Shown here: piece after piece, positions 28,294-37,994 of the stretch
Numbering within the stretch: the stretch's first letter is position 1
Layout: the number at the start of each line of letters is the position of its first letter
Virus record (IMG/VR): IMGVR_UViG_3300025087_000054
Span: 1-64,000 of that record
Direction: 5' to 3' (one strand)
DNA length: 64,000 nucleotides
Source: a virus
Program-made: the position numbers and the translations under genes
The notes under the pieces: model-generated
Told to the model about the DNA's origin: nothing
Database searches by the model: none
The model's input: only the letters and a program-made list of their open reading frames with translations

Positions 28294-28629
28294 ATGGCAA
28301 GTGTTATAAAAAATGGTGATACAGCGATAGGGCATACAGATATATTAGGCAATCCTATTACAGGGGTAGTGCAATGCACAGGAAAATTGGTAAATGGCAG
28401 TGCCATAGCTAAAGCGGGGGACACAATTCAGTTTAGTAGTCATGCTCACGCTTTAGATGATGATAATCCAATTGAATACAGTACGCATGATATTGTTATT
28501 ACAGGGTCTGGTAAACTAATTGTAAACGGCAATAAAGTGGCATTACATGGTGAAACAGTACTTGTTGCAGATAAGGCAGGCCCAAATGCTACATTAGTAG
28601 CGAGTGTAAATAATTTAAAAAGTATTTAA
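28294..28629 (+). CDS. PAAR-like spike tip protein
   Basis: GDTA.GH, IAKAGD, ITGSG..IVNG.KVA..G repeats. Confidence 0.75.
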   Translation: MASVIKNGDTAIGHTDILGNPITGVVQCTGKLVNGSAIAKAGDTIQFSSHAHALDDDNPIEYSTHDIVITGSGKLIVNGNKVALHGETVLVADKAGPNATLVASVNNLKSI

Positions 28630-28634
28630 AAAAT

Positions 28635-29033
28635 ATGGCAAATGCAACTCAAAAAATGGTAGATTTAGCTTTGATTCAAGGATCTGATTTTGAACTAACT
28701 AATAGTGGCGATTTAGCCCTTGTGGAGAACGAGTTTGTATTGTTACAAATGGCTCAAAATAGGTGCTTGGCTGAGGTCGGTAGTTGGTTATTAGATGCTC
28801 AGTATGGATCAAATTTATTGTCTGAACTAAAGCACGGATCACCATATAGTATACCAGATAGTGCGTACGTTTCGCATGTATTACGAGCATTACAGCCAAT
28901 GTTAGATGACAAACGATTAGATCAAGTCAAATCAGTAAAAGTATTGGATAAAACATCGGATACTGTTACGCTTGAAATACAGGTGAAAATAGGCACGCAG
29001 GTCGGTACAGTTACTTATGATTTAAACTTTTAA
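28635..29033 (+). CDS. baseplate wedge gp25/gp46-like
   Basis: GDLALV, GSW....YGS.L, ALQPM. Confidence 0.75.
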   Translation: MANATQKMVDLALIQGSDFELTNSGDLALVENEFVLLQMAQNRCLAEVGSWLLDAQYGSNLLSELKHGSPYSIPDSAYVSHVLRALQPMLDDKRLDQVKSVKVLDKTSDTVTLEIQVKIGTQVGTVTYDLNF

Positions 29034-29036
29034 AAA

Positions 29037-30491
29037 ATGGCAATAGTACAAACAAAATCATTGGAGGAATGGATTAGTGTGATATTACAAAAATGGCAGT
29101 CGCAAATAAGTAATATTAACATTAATCCCGATTCAGTAGTATATCAGGATTCAGCAGTGTTAGCGTTTATTGTATATACATTACAACAGGATTTATTGAC
29201 GGCAACAAATAACGCTTTTTTAGCTTATGCGATTGGTGATGAATTAGACAATTTAGGTGCTGATAGGGGTACTGAACGTAAAACAGCTAATTTTGCTACG
29301 GGTATTATTAAATTTGGGCGAGCTGAATTAGCAGAATCTGATTATACAATAGTTGAGGGTACTATTATAGGAACACAGCCAGCAGGAGATGGTACTACAA
29401 TTAATTTTGAAACTACAGAGGAGGTGGTTTTATATGGGACAGTTTCCGCACCAGAACAGCCTACATCGGCAGTTTTAATAGATGGCGGGTCATTAGTAGA
29501 CGAAGAGTACCATTTTAAAATTACGTCTGTGTCTGCGGATGGAAAAGAGTCAGAATCAAGTCCTGTTGAAACAGTAACTATTGCCGAAGGAGACGCAAAT
29601 AACTCGATAAGTTTAACATGGTCGGCAGTTCCAAGAGCAGTTAGTTATAATGTGTATTCAGCAATAGGTACAGGCGAGGAGGATAATGTAATATTGTTAG
29701 ATAATACATTGACACCATCGTATACAGTTACAGATGCAGATACTGGGGCCGAAACACAAGAACCACCAGCAACAAACGAAACAGGTAATTTGACTATTGA
29801 GGCGGATATACAAGCAACAGTTGCGGGATCGGCATCAAATGTGGCTGTAAATACACTTACAAATTTGATTAATAAGCCAACTGGTATTGAATATTGTGTA
29901 AATGAGGCATCTATAACTGGCGGAACAGATGAAGAGGATGATGCCACTTATAGGGCAAGGATTAAAGATTTATTATCTGTAAATACGGGTAAAGTAACGG
30001 TGTCTGGTTATCAGCAAACATGCGAAAGTGTTGATGGTGTGGCTACAGCTACAGTTACTATTCCAGTAGGTGGGGCATTTAGTAATTTGATTGAGATATA
30101 TATTACAGCCTCAAGTGGCAATGGTGTGCCTTCGGCAGAGCTATTGGCCGAGGTATCTGCACTGGTCAATTCAGATGATAACAGAGCTGTTTGTGATAGC
30201 ATTACAGTATTACCACCAGATACGAACAATATAGATATAACAGTAGATATTGTGGAATATGATACGGATTATGGGCAAGCAGATTTGGAGACTACTATTC
30301 AAACCGCAATTGAAGCATATTTACCTACTTTAGGTATAGGGGGTAAATTATACATAGTTGATCTTGAAAATATATTACATGATACTGCGGGTATTTTAGA
30401 TTTTGATATTACATTGCCAGTGGCTAATATTCAGTTAGCGGCCTCCGAGATGGCAATTTTGGGAACTTTAACTTTTAATTGGCCTGTATAA
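29037..30491 (+). CDS. baseplate J-like protein with inserted FN3-like domain
   Basis: A.GDELD, AGS.SNV..NT, GGTDEEDD..YRARI; insert with LTWSAVPRAVSYNVY. Confidence 0.88.
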   Translation: MAIVQTKSLEEWISVILQKWQSQISNININPDSVVYQDSAVLAFIVYTLQQDLLTATNNAFLAYAIGDELDNLGADRGTERKTANFATGIIKFGRAELAESDYTIVEGTIIGTQPAGDGTTINFETTEEVVLYGTVSAPEQPTSAVLIDGGSLVDEEYHFKITSVSADGKESESSPVETVTIAEGDANNSISLTWSAVPRAVSYNVYSAIGTGEEDNVILLDNTLTPSYTVTDADTGAETQEPPATNETGNLTIEADIQATVAGSASNVAVNTLTNLINKPTGIEYCVNEASITGGTDEEDDATYRARIKDLLSVNTGKVTVSGYQQTCESVDGVATATVTIPVGGAFSNLIEIYITASSGNGVPSAELLAEVSALVNSDDNRAVCDSITVLPPDTNNIDITVDIVEYDTDYGQADLETTIQTAIEAYLPTLGIGGKLYIVDLENILHDTAGILDFDITLPVANIQLAASEMAILGTLTFNWPV

Positions 30492-30492
30492 T

Positions 30493-31176
30493 ATGACTGC
30501 ACTCGAAGAACAATTTAAGGAACAGATTGAAGCATTTTATCCTAAAGGGTTGTATAATGATTCCGAGGATAGTACTAGTATTATTTATGCCCGTAATATA
30601 GTAAAAGCCAATGCTTTAGCAACTTTTAAAAATTTGCTTGATGAGGCGGCTCAACAGTTAATAGTTACAACTGCTACCGAAGATGGTCTAACTGAATGGG
30701 AAACTTTTTTAGATATACCAGTCAATTCGGAACTAAGTAATGTAGTAAGACGGGCAAATATAATATCTAAATTATCAGGTACAAGAGCGACAGTAGCGAC
30801 AATCAAAGCAGTAGCGACAGCTATTGTAGGCAATGACGCACAGAGTGTTGATATAATTGAGCTTTATACAATAAGTAGTGATCCAGATGATGTATTTACA
30901 TATAAAGTTCAGATATATAAACCAACTTACGGTGATTATGAAGCACAAGATTTGGTTGATATACTTGAGGTAATCCACCCTGCTCATTGCAATGTAATTG
31001 TGGAGATAATACCAGGACAGGCAGATGCCTTTGGTGTAACTGCGGAGGTGGATTATGGATTGCATGATCCATTTATGTGGGGGGACGCTGACGCACCAGA
31101 CCCATCGGATACCGATTGGTTTGATAAAGACGTATCAACACCACTGGAAGGATATTTTTGGCAATCAGAGACTTAA
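30493..31176 (+). CDS. baseplate protein (Mu gp48 / DUF2313-like)
   Basis: TAT..GL.EWE..L.I, RR..I..K, I.PAH motifs. Confidence 0.8.
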   Translation: MTALEEQFKEQIEAFYPKGLYNDSEDSTSIIYARNIVKANALATFKNLLDEAAQQLIVTTATEDGLTEWETFLDIPVNSELSNVVRRANIISKLSGTRATVATIKAVATAIVGNDAQSVDIIELYTISSDPDDVFTYKVQIYKPTYGDYEAQDLVDILEVIHPAHCNVIVEIIPGQADAFGVTAEVDYGLHDPFMWGDADAPDPSDTDWFDKDVSTPLEGYFWQSET

Positions 31177-31188
31177 AACGCATTTTAA
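31171..31188. repeat. palindromic motif copy 2
   Basis: ACTTAAAACGCATTTTAA exact. Confidence 0.8.
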
Positions 31189-31204
31189 CATTTATTTAAA
31201 TAAT

Positions 31205-31696
31205 ATGCAAACAGCTTTTCGTATAATGAACCAAGTGAGAATATCACTTGAGGATAAAAAAACGGGTAAAATTGATTCACAACAGATAATCACTAATACC
31301 CCATGTAGGGGCGGATTGAATGCTTTTGCTAATAGGATGATGGATTATGATGATACTGCTCAATTAGGCTTAGCTAAACATATTGAGATAGGTACGGGTA
31401 TAACGGCGGAAAATGTTGAGCAGACTAGTTTAGCGACACCGTATAAACGATCGGCAATTATTCAAGCGGATAGTGTTATTAATGAAACAACGAGTGTTAT
31501 TAAAGTGTATGCTAGGTTCGATGATGATTCAGTGGTTACAATAACTGAGGTAGCTTTATTCGGTAATGCGGAATCTATTGCCACATTAGGATCAGGAGCT
31601 ATGTATGCACGAGCATTATTAGATGCAAGTATATCAAAAACAGCTACTAAAGCGGTAACTATTGAGTGGACAATTAGCTTGGTAGTTGGCGTATAA
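31205..31696 (+). CDS. baseplate / tail-fibre attachment protein
   Basis: IEIGTG, ITEVALFG, MYAR...I.KT....TIEWTI; start refined to MQTAF. Confidence 0.7.
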   Translation: MQTAFRIMNQVRISLEDKKTGKIDSQQIITNTPCRGGLNAFANRMMDYDDTAQLGLAKHIEIGTGITAENVEQTSLATPYKRSAIIQADSVINETTSVIKVYARFDDDSVVTITEVALFGNAESIATLGSGAMYARALLDASISKTATKAVTIEWTISLVVGV

Positions 31697-31730
31697 TACG
31701 CTAAAATAAAATTACTAAAATTATAAAATT

Positions 31731-33572
31731 ATGAAATCAACAGCAATAGCAGTCAAAGGCCCAGCTTATTTGCAACAGTATAATGATTTGCGGGAGGATG
31801 CCAAAGGAGGTTCATATTTAAGAGCCTTTGCTCAAAATACTCCAAATATGACTGTAAAAATTATGGACGGGCATTGGGTAACGGGTGATGGGGTACTTGT
31901 TGAATGGGCCGAAGGTAATTCGGGTACTATTACAGCACCAATTACGAATGACAGAATAGATTTAATAAGTATGGACGATACAGGAGCTTTAACGATAACA
32001 GCAGGGTCTGAATCGGCTACGCCAGTAGTTCCAGTAGTTCCAGCAGGCGAAATACCATTATGCCAAATATATTTACGTCCTGGATGTACTGAAATATTAG
32101 ATACGGATGATAGTGCAGAGGCATATATAATAGACGCAAGACCTATATTAAGTTTGGGTAGTAGTTTGGAGTTAGGTGAAACTAGTTCAACTGCATATAG
32201 AGGAGACAGGGGTAAGACTGCATATGACCATAGTCAAGTAGTTACAGGGAATCCACATGGTACAAGCAAGACTGATTTGAGTTTAGGTAACGTTACGAAT
32301 GATGCACAGCTTAAAATAGCAAGTAATTTATCAGACTTAGCAAATGTAACTACAGCAAAAACAAATTTAGGGTTAAATAATCTTACAAATGATGCACAAT
32401 TAAAAATTGCATCAAATTTATCTGATTTAGCCAGTGCAACAACTGCTAGAACTAATTTAGGGTTGGGCAATTCAGCAACAAAAGACGTAGGTACAGCTAC
32501 AGGAACAGTGATGGCAGGAGACGATTCAAGAGTAGTAAATGCAGTACCAAATACTAGAACAATAAATAGTAAAGCATTATCTTCAAATATTTCAATTGAT
32601 AAAACTGACGTAGGATTAAGCAATGTAACAAATGATGCACAGCTTAAAATAGCTAGTAATTTATCGGACTTAAATAATGCGGGTACTGCTAGAACTAATT
32701 TAGGTTTGGGGAATGTAAGTAATGATGCCCAATTAAAACGAGCCGCAGGGGATTTTGTGTCATTTACAGAAAAAACTAGTTTAGATGGGGATGATTTATT
32801 TTTAGTTGAAGATAGTGTGGATAGTAACAATAAGAAAAAAATTAAAAAAAGTGTTATTGCTAAAATGACTCAAGCACCCTTGTCAATAGTATTGCCATAT
32901 TATTGTAATGGAACAGGATACATGTGCCCAAGAGCATTAGATTCCATTAGTAAGCTTCCAGGTAGACAGGATAGTAGCGGGGGATTTAGTTTGCACATAA
33001 AAATATATGCAAAAGGTAGTAATTATCAAGATAGAACAGTAACTAGTGATTGGGCATCGGCTACTGACATATATGGCTGGTGTATAATAGGGGATTATGT
33101 ATATGTCTTATTAGTAAATAGTCCTTTTACTGCGTATAGGCTATATAGGTATGCTAAGAATAATTTAGCAGCTGGCGGTACATTAATGCCATATACATTT
33201 GGCACTACCAATGGGAATTCGCATATGTTTACAGATGGTACATATTTATATTTTACGAATAGAGCGGGCTTTACAACAACAAGTTATAACATAAGACAAT
33301 TAACTATTAACGGAACGGCATTAGATTCCGCTGTTGATTTTAGTTTAAGTGATTCACTTGATGTTAGTGGTGGTGTTATTGGAGCAGATTCTTTAAATAT
33401 ATATGCAGTAGGAAGTGGAACATTGTATAAGTATAATTTAAGTGGCGTCGCACAGTGTAATCAATCACTATATGGGTCAAATCCCGCTGGGATGGTTATG
33501 TATACAGATATAGATGCATGCTATATGATGTGTGACGTAAGCCCAGATTTTTTGGCTAGATGTTTAATTTAA
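31731..33572 (+). CDS. tail fibre / receptor-binding protein
   Basis: RIDLI N-terminal module, AYRGDRGKTAYDHSQ and four LGNVTNDAQLK-type repeats, beta-rich C-terminal domain. Confidence 0.85.
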   Translation: MKSTAIAVKGPAYLQQYNDLREDAKGGSYLRAFAQNTPNMTVKIMDGHWVTGDGVLVEWAEGNSGTITAPITNDRIDLISMDDTGALTITAGSESATPVVPVVPAGEIPLCQIYLRPGCTEILDTDDSAEAYIIDARPILSLGSSLELGETSSTAYRGDRGKTAYDHSQVVTGNPHGTSKTDLSLGNVTNDAQLKIASNLSDLANVTTAKTNLGLNNLTNDAQLKIASNLSDLASATTARTNLGLGNSATKDVGTATGTVMAGDDSRVVNAVPNTRTINSKALSSNISIDKTDVGLSNVTNDAQLKIASNLSDLNNAGTARTNLGLGNVSNDAQLKRAAGDFVSFTEKTSLDGDDLFLVEDSVDSNNKKKIKKSVIAKMTQAPLSIVLPYYCNGTGYMCPRALDSISKLPGRQDSSGGFSLHIKIYAKGSNYQDRTVTSDWASATDIYGWCIIGDYVYVLLVNSPFTAYRLYRYAKNNLAAGGTLMPYTFGTTNGNSHMFTDGTYLYFTNRAGFTTTSYNIRQLTINGTALDSAVDFSLSDSLDVSGGVIGADSLNIYAVGSGTLYKYNLSGVAQCNQSLYGSNPAGMVMYTDIDACYMMCDVSPDFLARCLI

Positions 33573-33585
33573 TAATTTATAAATT

Positions 33586-34275
33586 ATGCGACCAATAAGA
33601 AAACCTTTTAATGAAAATTATAGTATCAGCCAATTATTCGGTAAAAATCCACAAATTTATAAACAATTTGGATTAAAAGGACATAACGGATTAGATTATG
33701 CTACTCCAATAGCAACGCACCTGTACGCATTGGGCAAAGGTACTGTTATGGAGACGGGTAATGACCCAAAAGGGTATGGTCATTATATTAGGATAAATTA
33801 TGATGACGGCTTTCAAAGTCTTTATGCTCATTCAGATACAGAGCCAATGGTTAAAAAATATGATAGAGTAATTGAGGATCAGTTTGTTATGTCGTCAGGT
33901 AATAGTGGATTTAGTACAGGGGCACATTTACATTTTGGTATACGTGAATTGGATAGCAATGGCGGGGTGATAAATTACAATAATGGATTTGCGGGCTATA
34001 TTGATCCAAAACCATGGTTAGATAAATATGCTGAATGGGAGCAAAGTCAAATCATACCTGACTGGGCTGAAAACCCAAAAGCAAAAGCTATTGAATCGGG
34101 TATAATTACGAAATGGGATAATCCAAATGCAGATTTAACGGTGGAGGATTGGTGCTGGATATTTTTTAAATTAGGTTGGACAAACGATTTACATAAAATA
34201 ATGAATAGATGCGAAGCGGCAACTATGCTGGATAAGCAAAAAGCGTTTGATAAATTTTTATTATTAAATAAATAA
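33586..34275 (+). CDS. M23 peptidase endolysin
   Basis: HNGLD, YAH, SGNSGFSTGAHLHF. Confidence 0.9.
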   Translation: MRPIRKPFNENYSISQLFGKNPQIYKQFGLKGHNGLDYATPIATHLYALGKGTVMETGNDPKGYGHYIRINYDDGFQSLYAHSDTEPMVKKYDRVIEDQFVMSSGNSGFSTGAHLHFGIRELDSNGGVINYNNGFAGYIDPKPWLDKYAEWEQSQIIPDWAENPKAKAIESGIITKWDNPNADLTVEDWCWIFFKLGWTNDLHKIMNRCEAATMLDKQKAFDKFLLLNK

Positions 34276-34279
34276 TTAT

Positions 34280-34552
34280 ATGGATTTTACAAGTTTATCG
34301 ACTGTACAAGGATTAATAGCGGGGGCTACTTTGGCTATAGTACAAATTTTAAAATGCCTGCTAAAATTTACTGATAAAAAGCAAAAAAAATATTTGCAAT
34401 TATTATCCGTACTAATAGGAGCGTTAATAGGGGTAATTATGGCATACACGGAGGGATGTAACACATGGGAGGGTATGATTATAGGTGTTATGTCAGGGGC
34501 AATGGCAACTGGTGTATATGGGGCAGTAAAAAACCCACTTAAAAAAGATTAG
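34280..34552 (+). CDS. holin
   Basis: 90 aa, 3 TM, G..SG..ATG.Y, next to endolysin. Confidence 0.8.
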   Translation: MDFTSLSTVQGLIAGATLAIVQILKCLLKFTDKKQKKYLQLLSVLIGALIGVIMAYTEGCNTWEGMIIGVMSGAMATGVYGAVKNPLKKD

Positions 34553-34554
34553 AT

Positions 34555-34583
34555 TTGACGTATGTATAAAGTTAATTTATAAT
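34555..34583 (+). promoter_or_regulatory. sigma70-type promoter
   Basis: TTGACG-17-TATAAT. Confidence 0.8.
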
Positions 34584-34587
34584 AAAT

Positions 34588-34651
34588 ATGCTCATCGGTT
34601 CACAAACGTAAAGGTTAGTAAAAAGGCTCGGCAGTAATGCTAAGCCTTTTT
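34588..34651 (+). ncRNA. candidate small RNA antisense to recA translation start
   Basis: Bounded by promoter and terminator; segments complementary to 34689-34718. Confidence 0.6.
34620..34651 (+). terminator. intrinsic terminator
   Basis: AAAAAGGCT-c-GGCA-gtaa-TGCT-a-AGCCTTTTT. Confidence 0.85.
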
Positions 34652-34653
34652 AT

Positions 34654-34682
34654 TTTACTTTTGTAAAAGTCGCCATTATAAT
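34654..34682 (+). promoter_or_regulatory. recA promoter
   Basis: TTTACT-17-TATAAT directly after terminator. Confidence 0.7.
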
Positions 34683-34711
34683 AATCGCTACTTAACCTTA
34701 ACTTTTTACGT

Positions 34712-36712
34712 ATGAGCAAAAAATTTGCCCAGCTATTGTCTGGGCTACAAAAAAAGTATGGGCAAGGATCAGTCGAGCTTTATTCCGAAATGGATAGGGC
34801 GGATGTTACTCGTATCTCGACAGGCTTGCCATCAGTAGATTTTATTTTAGGAGGGGGCTTGCCAGAGGGGAGGATAATTGAGATCTATGGCCCCGAAAGT
34901 TCAGGCAAAACGAGTTTGTCGATTATGTTTTTAGCACAGGTACAAAAAAAATATCCTAAAAGCGGAGTAGCATTTATTGATGTAGAACATGCACTCGATC
35001 CAGATTACGCACAGCAATTAGGATTAAATATGGATGAACTAATACTAAGCCAACCAGATAGTGCGGAACAGGCTTTAAATATTATGAATGAGTTAGCGGC
35101 ATCGGGCGAAATCAAAGCCATAATATTGGATTCAGTTGCCAAATTAGTCCCACGAAAGGAGGTGGAGGGCGAGGTAGGAGACGCCGAAATGGCAATGAGA
35201 GCTAGATTAATGGGGCAAGCATTACGTAAAATAGTCCCGAATGCAGATAAAAATAAATGTACGTGTTTTTTTATTAATCAAGTACGTAATAGTGTAGGGA
35301 TAACCTATGGGTGTCATCACGCAGATAATATTATTTATTTTGATGATGGACGAAAAATTAAAATCAGGGATGTGGTCAATAAAAAAATAGTTGGTAATAT
35401 TATAGCTTGGGATGAAAAAACTAATAAATATGTAACAGCACCCATAATAAATTGGTTTAATAATGGTAAAATAACCGATAAGTCTGAATGGATAACTATA
35501 CGTATGGAGGGTATTGATAGTACAAATGGTGTAAATGCCATAACGGTTACAAAAAATCATAAATTATTGACACAACGTGGTTGGGTTGAGGCTCAAAATA
35601 TTATAATTACAGATAAAATACATGCATGTATTAATGATAGATTACAAGGCACTTTAGCTAAACAATTTATGTATGGGGTATCTGTTGGGGATAGCTCAAT
35701 TAGAACAACAGGAAAAAATAAGTTTTTATTAAAACTACAGGATATTAAAAACAAGGATTATGTGTATTGGAAAGCAGATAAGCTACACATATTAGGATTT
35801 GATACTACTATAAAAAATAAAAAAAGACTTATAAGTCGTAGTGGGCATGATCTAGCTAATTTTAATTATCAACGTAATCCTATGGACATTATCGATAAGT
35901 TAGATTGGTTAGGTTTTGCAATATGGTTAATGGACGATGGGCATTTAGATTTAGATAATTATCATTGTAGATATGCGTTATCTATAGGTCGGCTAAAGGA
36001 TGATAAGGACGCACTAAGAAAAATAGTACAATCATTTACAGAGAGTTTTAAAATAACACCAGAATTACGGAAAGATGGTTTATTAATTTTTTCAGCAAAA
36101 GATTCTCGTAAAATTGCCCAGCATATATGTACATATATACCAGATAGTATGCAGTATAAGTTACCAGTTCAGTTTAGGGGTAGATATATTGATTTTAATT
36201 TGGAGACTGCAAGTATAAAAAAAGAGTATTTTACTAGTATTATATCTATAGATACGAATAGTGCACGTAAGTATAGGAATAAAGATAAATATGATATTGA
36301 GGTAAAAGATTATCATAATTATATATGTGATGGTATTGTAGTGCATAACTCACCAGAATTGAGACCTGGCGGGCGGGCATTGCCTTTTGATGCAAGTGTG
36401 ATATTACGTACAAGTTTTAAGCAAACAACAGATGAAAAAATTGGTGAAACAAAAATAATGGTTAAAAAAAATAAGGTAGGTAAACCGTTTCGATCAACAA
36501 CAGTACAGATTGAATACGGTAAAGGATTTAATGTACTACAGGATACGATTACAATGGCATTGACTGCTAAGGTAATTACGCAAAAAGGAGCTTTTTATTA
36601 CTTTGGCGATAAGCAATGGCAAGGCCAAGACGCAGTAAGACAAGCGATTGCAGATGATCCAAAGCTTGCAAAAGATATTATTGAGATTATACATAACTCA
36701 ATAGTTACATAA
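34712..36712 (+). CDS. recA: RecA recombinase, intein-containing (mature ~320 aa)
   Basis: GGGLPEGRIIEIYGPESSGKT, FIDVEHALD, DSVA, ARLMGQALRK, KNKV. Confidence 0.95.
   Translation: MSKKFAQLLSGLQKKYGQGSVELYSEMDRADVTRISTGLPSVDFILGGGLPEGRIIEIYGPESSGKTSLSIMFLAQVQKKYPKSGVAFIDVEHALDPDYAQQLGLNMDELILSQPDSAEQALNIMNELAASGEIKAIILDSVAKLVPRKEVEGEVGDAEMAMRARLMGQALRKIVPNADKNKCTCFFINQVRNSVGITYGCHHADNIIYFDDGRKIKIRDVVNKKIVGNIIAWDEKTNKYVTAPIINWFNNGKITDKSEWITIRMEGIDSTNGVNAITVTKNHKLLTQRGWVEAQNIIITDKIHACINDRLQGTLAKQFMYGVSVGDSSIRTTGKNKFLLKLQDIKNKDYVYWKADKLHILGFDTTIKNKKRLISRSGHDLANFNYQRNPMDIIDKLDWLGFAIWLMDDGHLDLDNYHCRYALSIGRLKDDKDALRKIVQSFTESFKITPELRKDGLLIFSAKDSRKIAQHICTYIPDSMQYKLPVQFRGRYIDFNLETASIKKEYFTSIISIDTNSARKYRNKDKYDIEVKDYHNYICDGIVVHNSPELRPGGRALPFDASVILRTSFKQTTDEKIGETKIMVKKNKVGKPFRSTTVQIEYGKGFNVLQDTITMALTAKVITQKGAFYYFGDKQWQGQDAVRQAIADDPKLAKDIIEIIHNSIVT
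35312..36349 (+). mobile_element. intein with LAGLIDADG endonuclease (346 aa) in RecA
   Basis: VGITYG|CHHAD...VVHN|SPE; GVSVGDSS and IWLMDDG motifs. Confidence 0.93.
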
Positions 36713-36717
36713 AAAGG

Positions 36718-36759
36718 ACAAGCATAAAAACTTTACAAAACCTACAAAACATATATACT
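36718..36759 (+). promoter_or_regulatory. conserved promoter motif copy 2
   Basis: ACAAGCATAAAAACTTTACAAA; TTTACA-16-TATACT. Confidence 0.8.
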
Positions 36760-36788
36760 GACATTGTATCAATAATTTTTATATTGGC

Positions 36789-37076
36789 ATGACACAAGCA
36801 GTTAATCTTGAGATATACCTGGAAAAAGGCGGTAATTGCTATAATGCAGTTAATAATTTTTCAGTTATCAATACTTTTATTTATAGGGGACGTTTTGAAA
36901 AAGAGGCGATAGCAAATCAATTAAATATAAATAAAGGTGATAAATTAAGCTTAAAAAGTGAGGAGGAGGATAACGTAGGATGCTTTTCAGTTAGTGTTTG
37001 GTATAAAGATAAAAAACTAGGATTTTTGCATAAAGACTTAGCACCAGTTATATCTCGATTAGTTAAGATAGTATAG
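36789..37076 (+). CDS. HIRAN-domain protein
   Basis: GDKLSLKSEEEDN....VSVW..KKLGFL..DLA. Confidence 0.7.
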   Translation: MTQAVNLEIYLEKGGNCYNAVNNFSVINTFIYRGRFEKEAIANQLNINKGDKLSLKSEEEDNVGCFSVSVWYKDKKLGFLHKDLAPVISRLVKIV

Positions 37077-37166
37077 ATAAGGTTGATATTGAGGGTAAAC
37101 ATATATTACCAGGACTACCGATTACGTTAGTGAACAAAAAAGCATTATATATTTAATTTTTAAAAT

Positions 37167-37424
37167 ATGAGTACAATTATCCCAGATAGGGAGTACACAT
37201 TACAGGAAATAATCAACGAGGGAATAATCCCTTGTGTTGAAACGCATCCTGTAATTTATAATTTAATTACAAAAAAAGATAAAGTAGGTAAACGCCTGCC
37301 TGTAATTAAAACTAATAAGACGCAAATAAAGCCTATTGTCTATAGTAGACCAGGAGCAAAAATAGTGGGACAGTATAAAGTATTAGGTAACGAAATACTT
37401 AAATTTTTACAATTTAATCAATAA
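37167..37424 (+). CDS. putative small DNA-binding protein
   Basis: YTLQEI...YKV.G.EILKFL excisionase-like pattern. Confidence 0.45.
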   Translation: MSTIIPDREYTLQEIINEGIIPCVETHPVIYNLITKKDKVGKRLPVIKTNKTQIKPIVYSRPGAKIVGQYKVLGNEILKFLQFNQ

Positions 37425-37434
37425 TATTTTTAAT

Positions 37435-37983
37435 ATGCCGATAGACAAAAAAAGTGCTGATGAGGCACATGTTATTAAAGGTCGCTATTTTGATTCAAAA
37501 GGTATGGAGCAGGCCTTTATATTATCAAATATAATTAATATGCAATATGATACCTGGAAAGCAGGTAATGCAAATATAATAAGCTTTAAAGGATGCCAAA
37601 AAATTGCCGATAAACTACAGATTATAATTATAGATAAACCAGAATGGATACAAGTTCCAGATGAGACTAATCTAATGAATCATATTGTTCAGATAAATAT
37701 GGGGTATATAGATAGTCCAACACATCAGGTTTTTGTTATGGGTGAGGCAAGTAGATTAAATACAGGTAAGTTTGAGGAGGATCGCAAGACAGGTAAAATA
37801 TCATATAAAGAACGAGGCATAATTGACGCTCAATATAGAGCGAGTATGGCATGGAAACGAGCTTTTTGTAAGGGTGTCCTTGAACTTACTGGACTACGGG
37901 ATAAATTTTATGCCGAGGACGAGTCAACAAGTTTTGCACCACCTGTACAACAGGACGGTACATTAGATTATAATAATCTTTAA
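37435..37983 (+). CDS. putative ssDNA-annealing protein
   Basis: GEAS..N, MAWKRA...VL.L.G....YAEDE motif; near recA. Confidence 0.5.
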   Translation: MPIDKKSADEAHVIKGRYFDSKGMEQAFILSNIINMQYDTWKAGNANIISFKGCQKIADKLQIIIIDKPEWIQVPDETNLMNHIVQINMGYIDSPTHQVFVMGEASRLNTGKFEEDRKTGKISYKERGIIDAQYRASMAWKRAFCKGVLELTGLRDKFYAEDESTSFAPPVQQDGTLDYNNL

Positions 37984-37994
37984 TCTTTATTTTT

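Noticed and set aside
32270-32745. Repeated DNA in the tail fibre gene as CRISPR or DGR repeats
   Set aside because: In-frame protein repeats (NVTNDAQLKIASNLSDL) with synonymous variation; no spacers, no reverse transcriptase
37060-37157. Frameshift or read-through extension of the HIRAN gene
   Set aside because: Short open frames exist but there is no slippery site or other support
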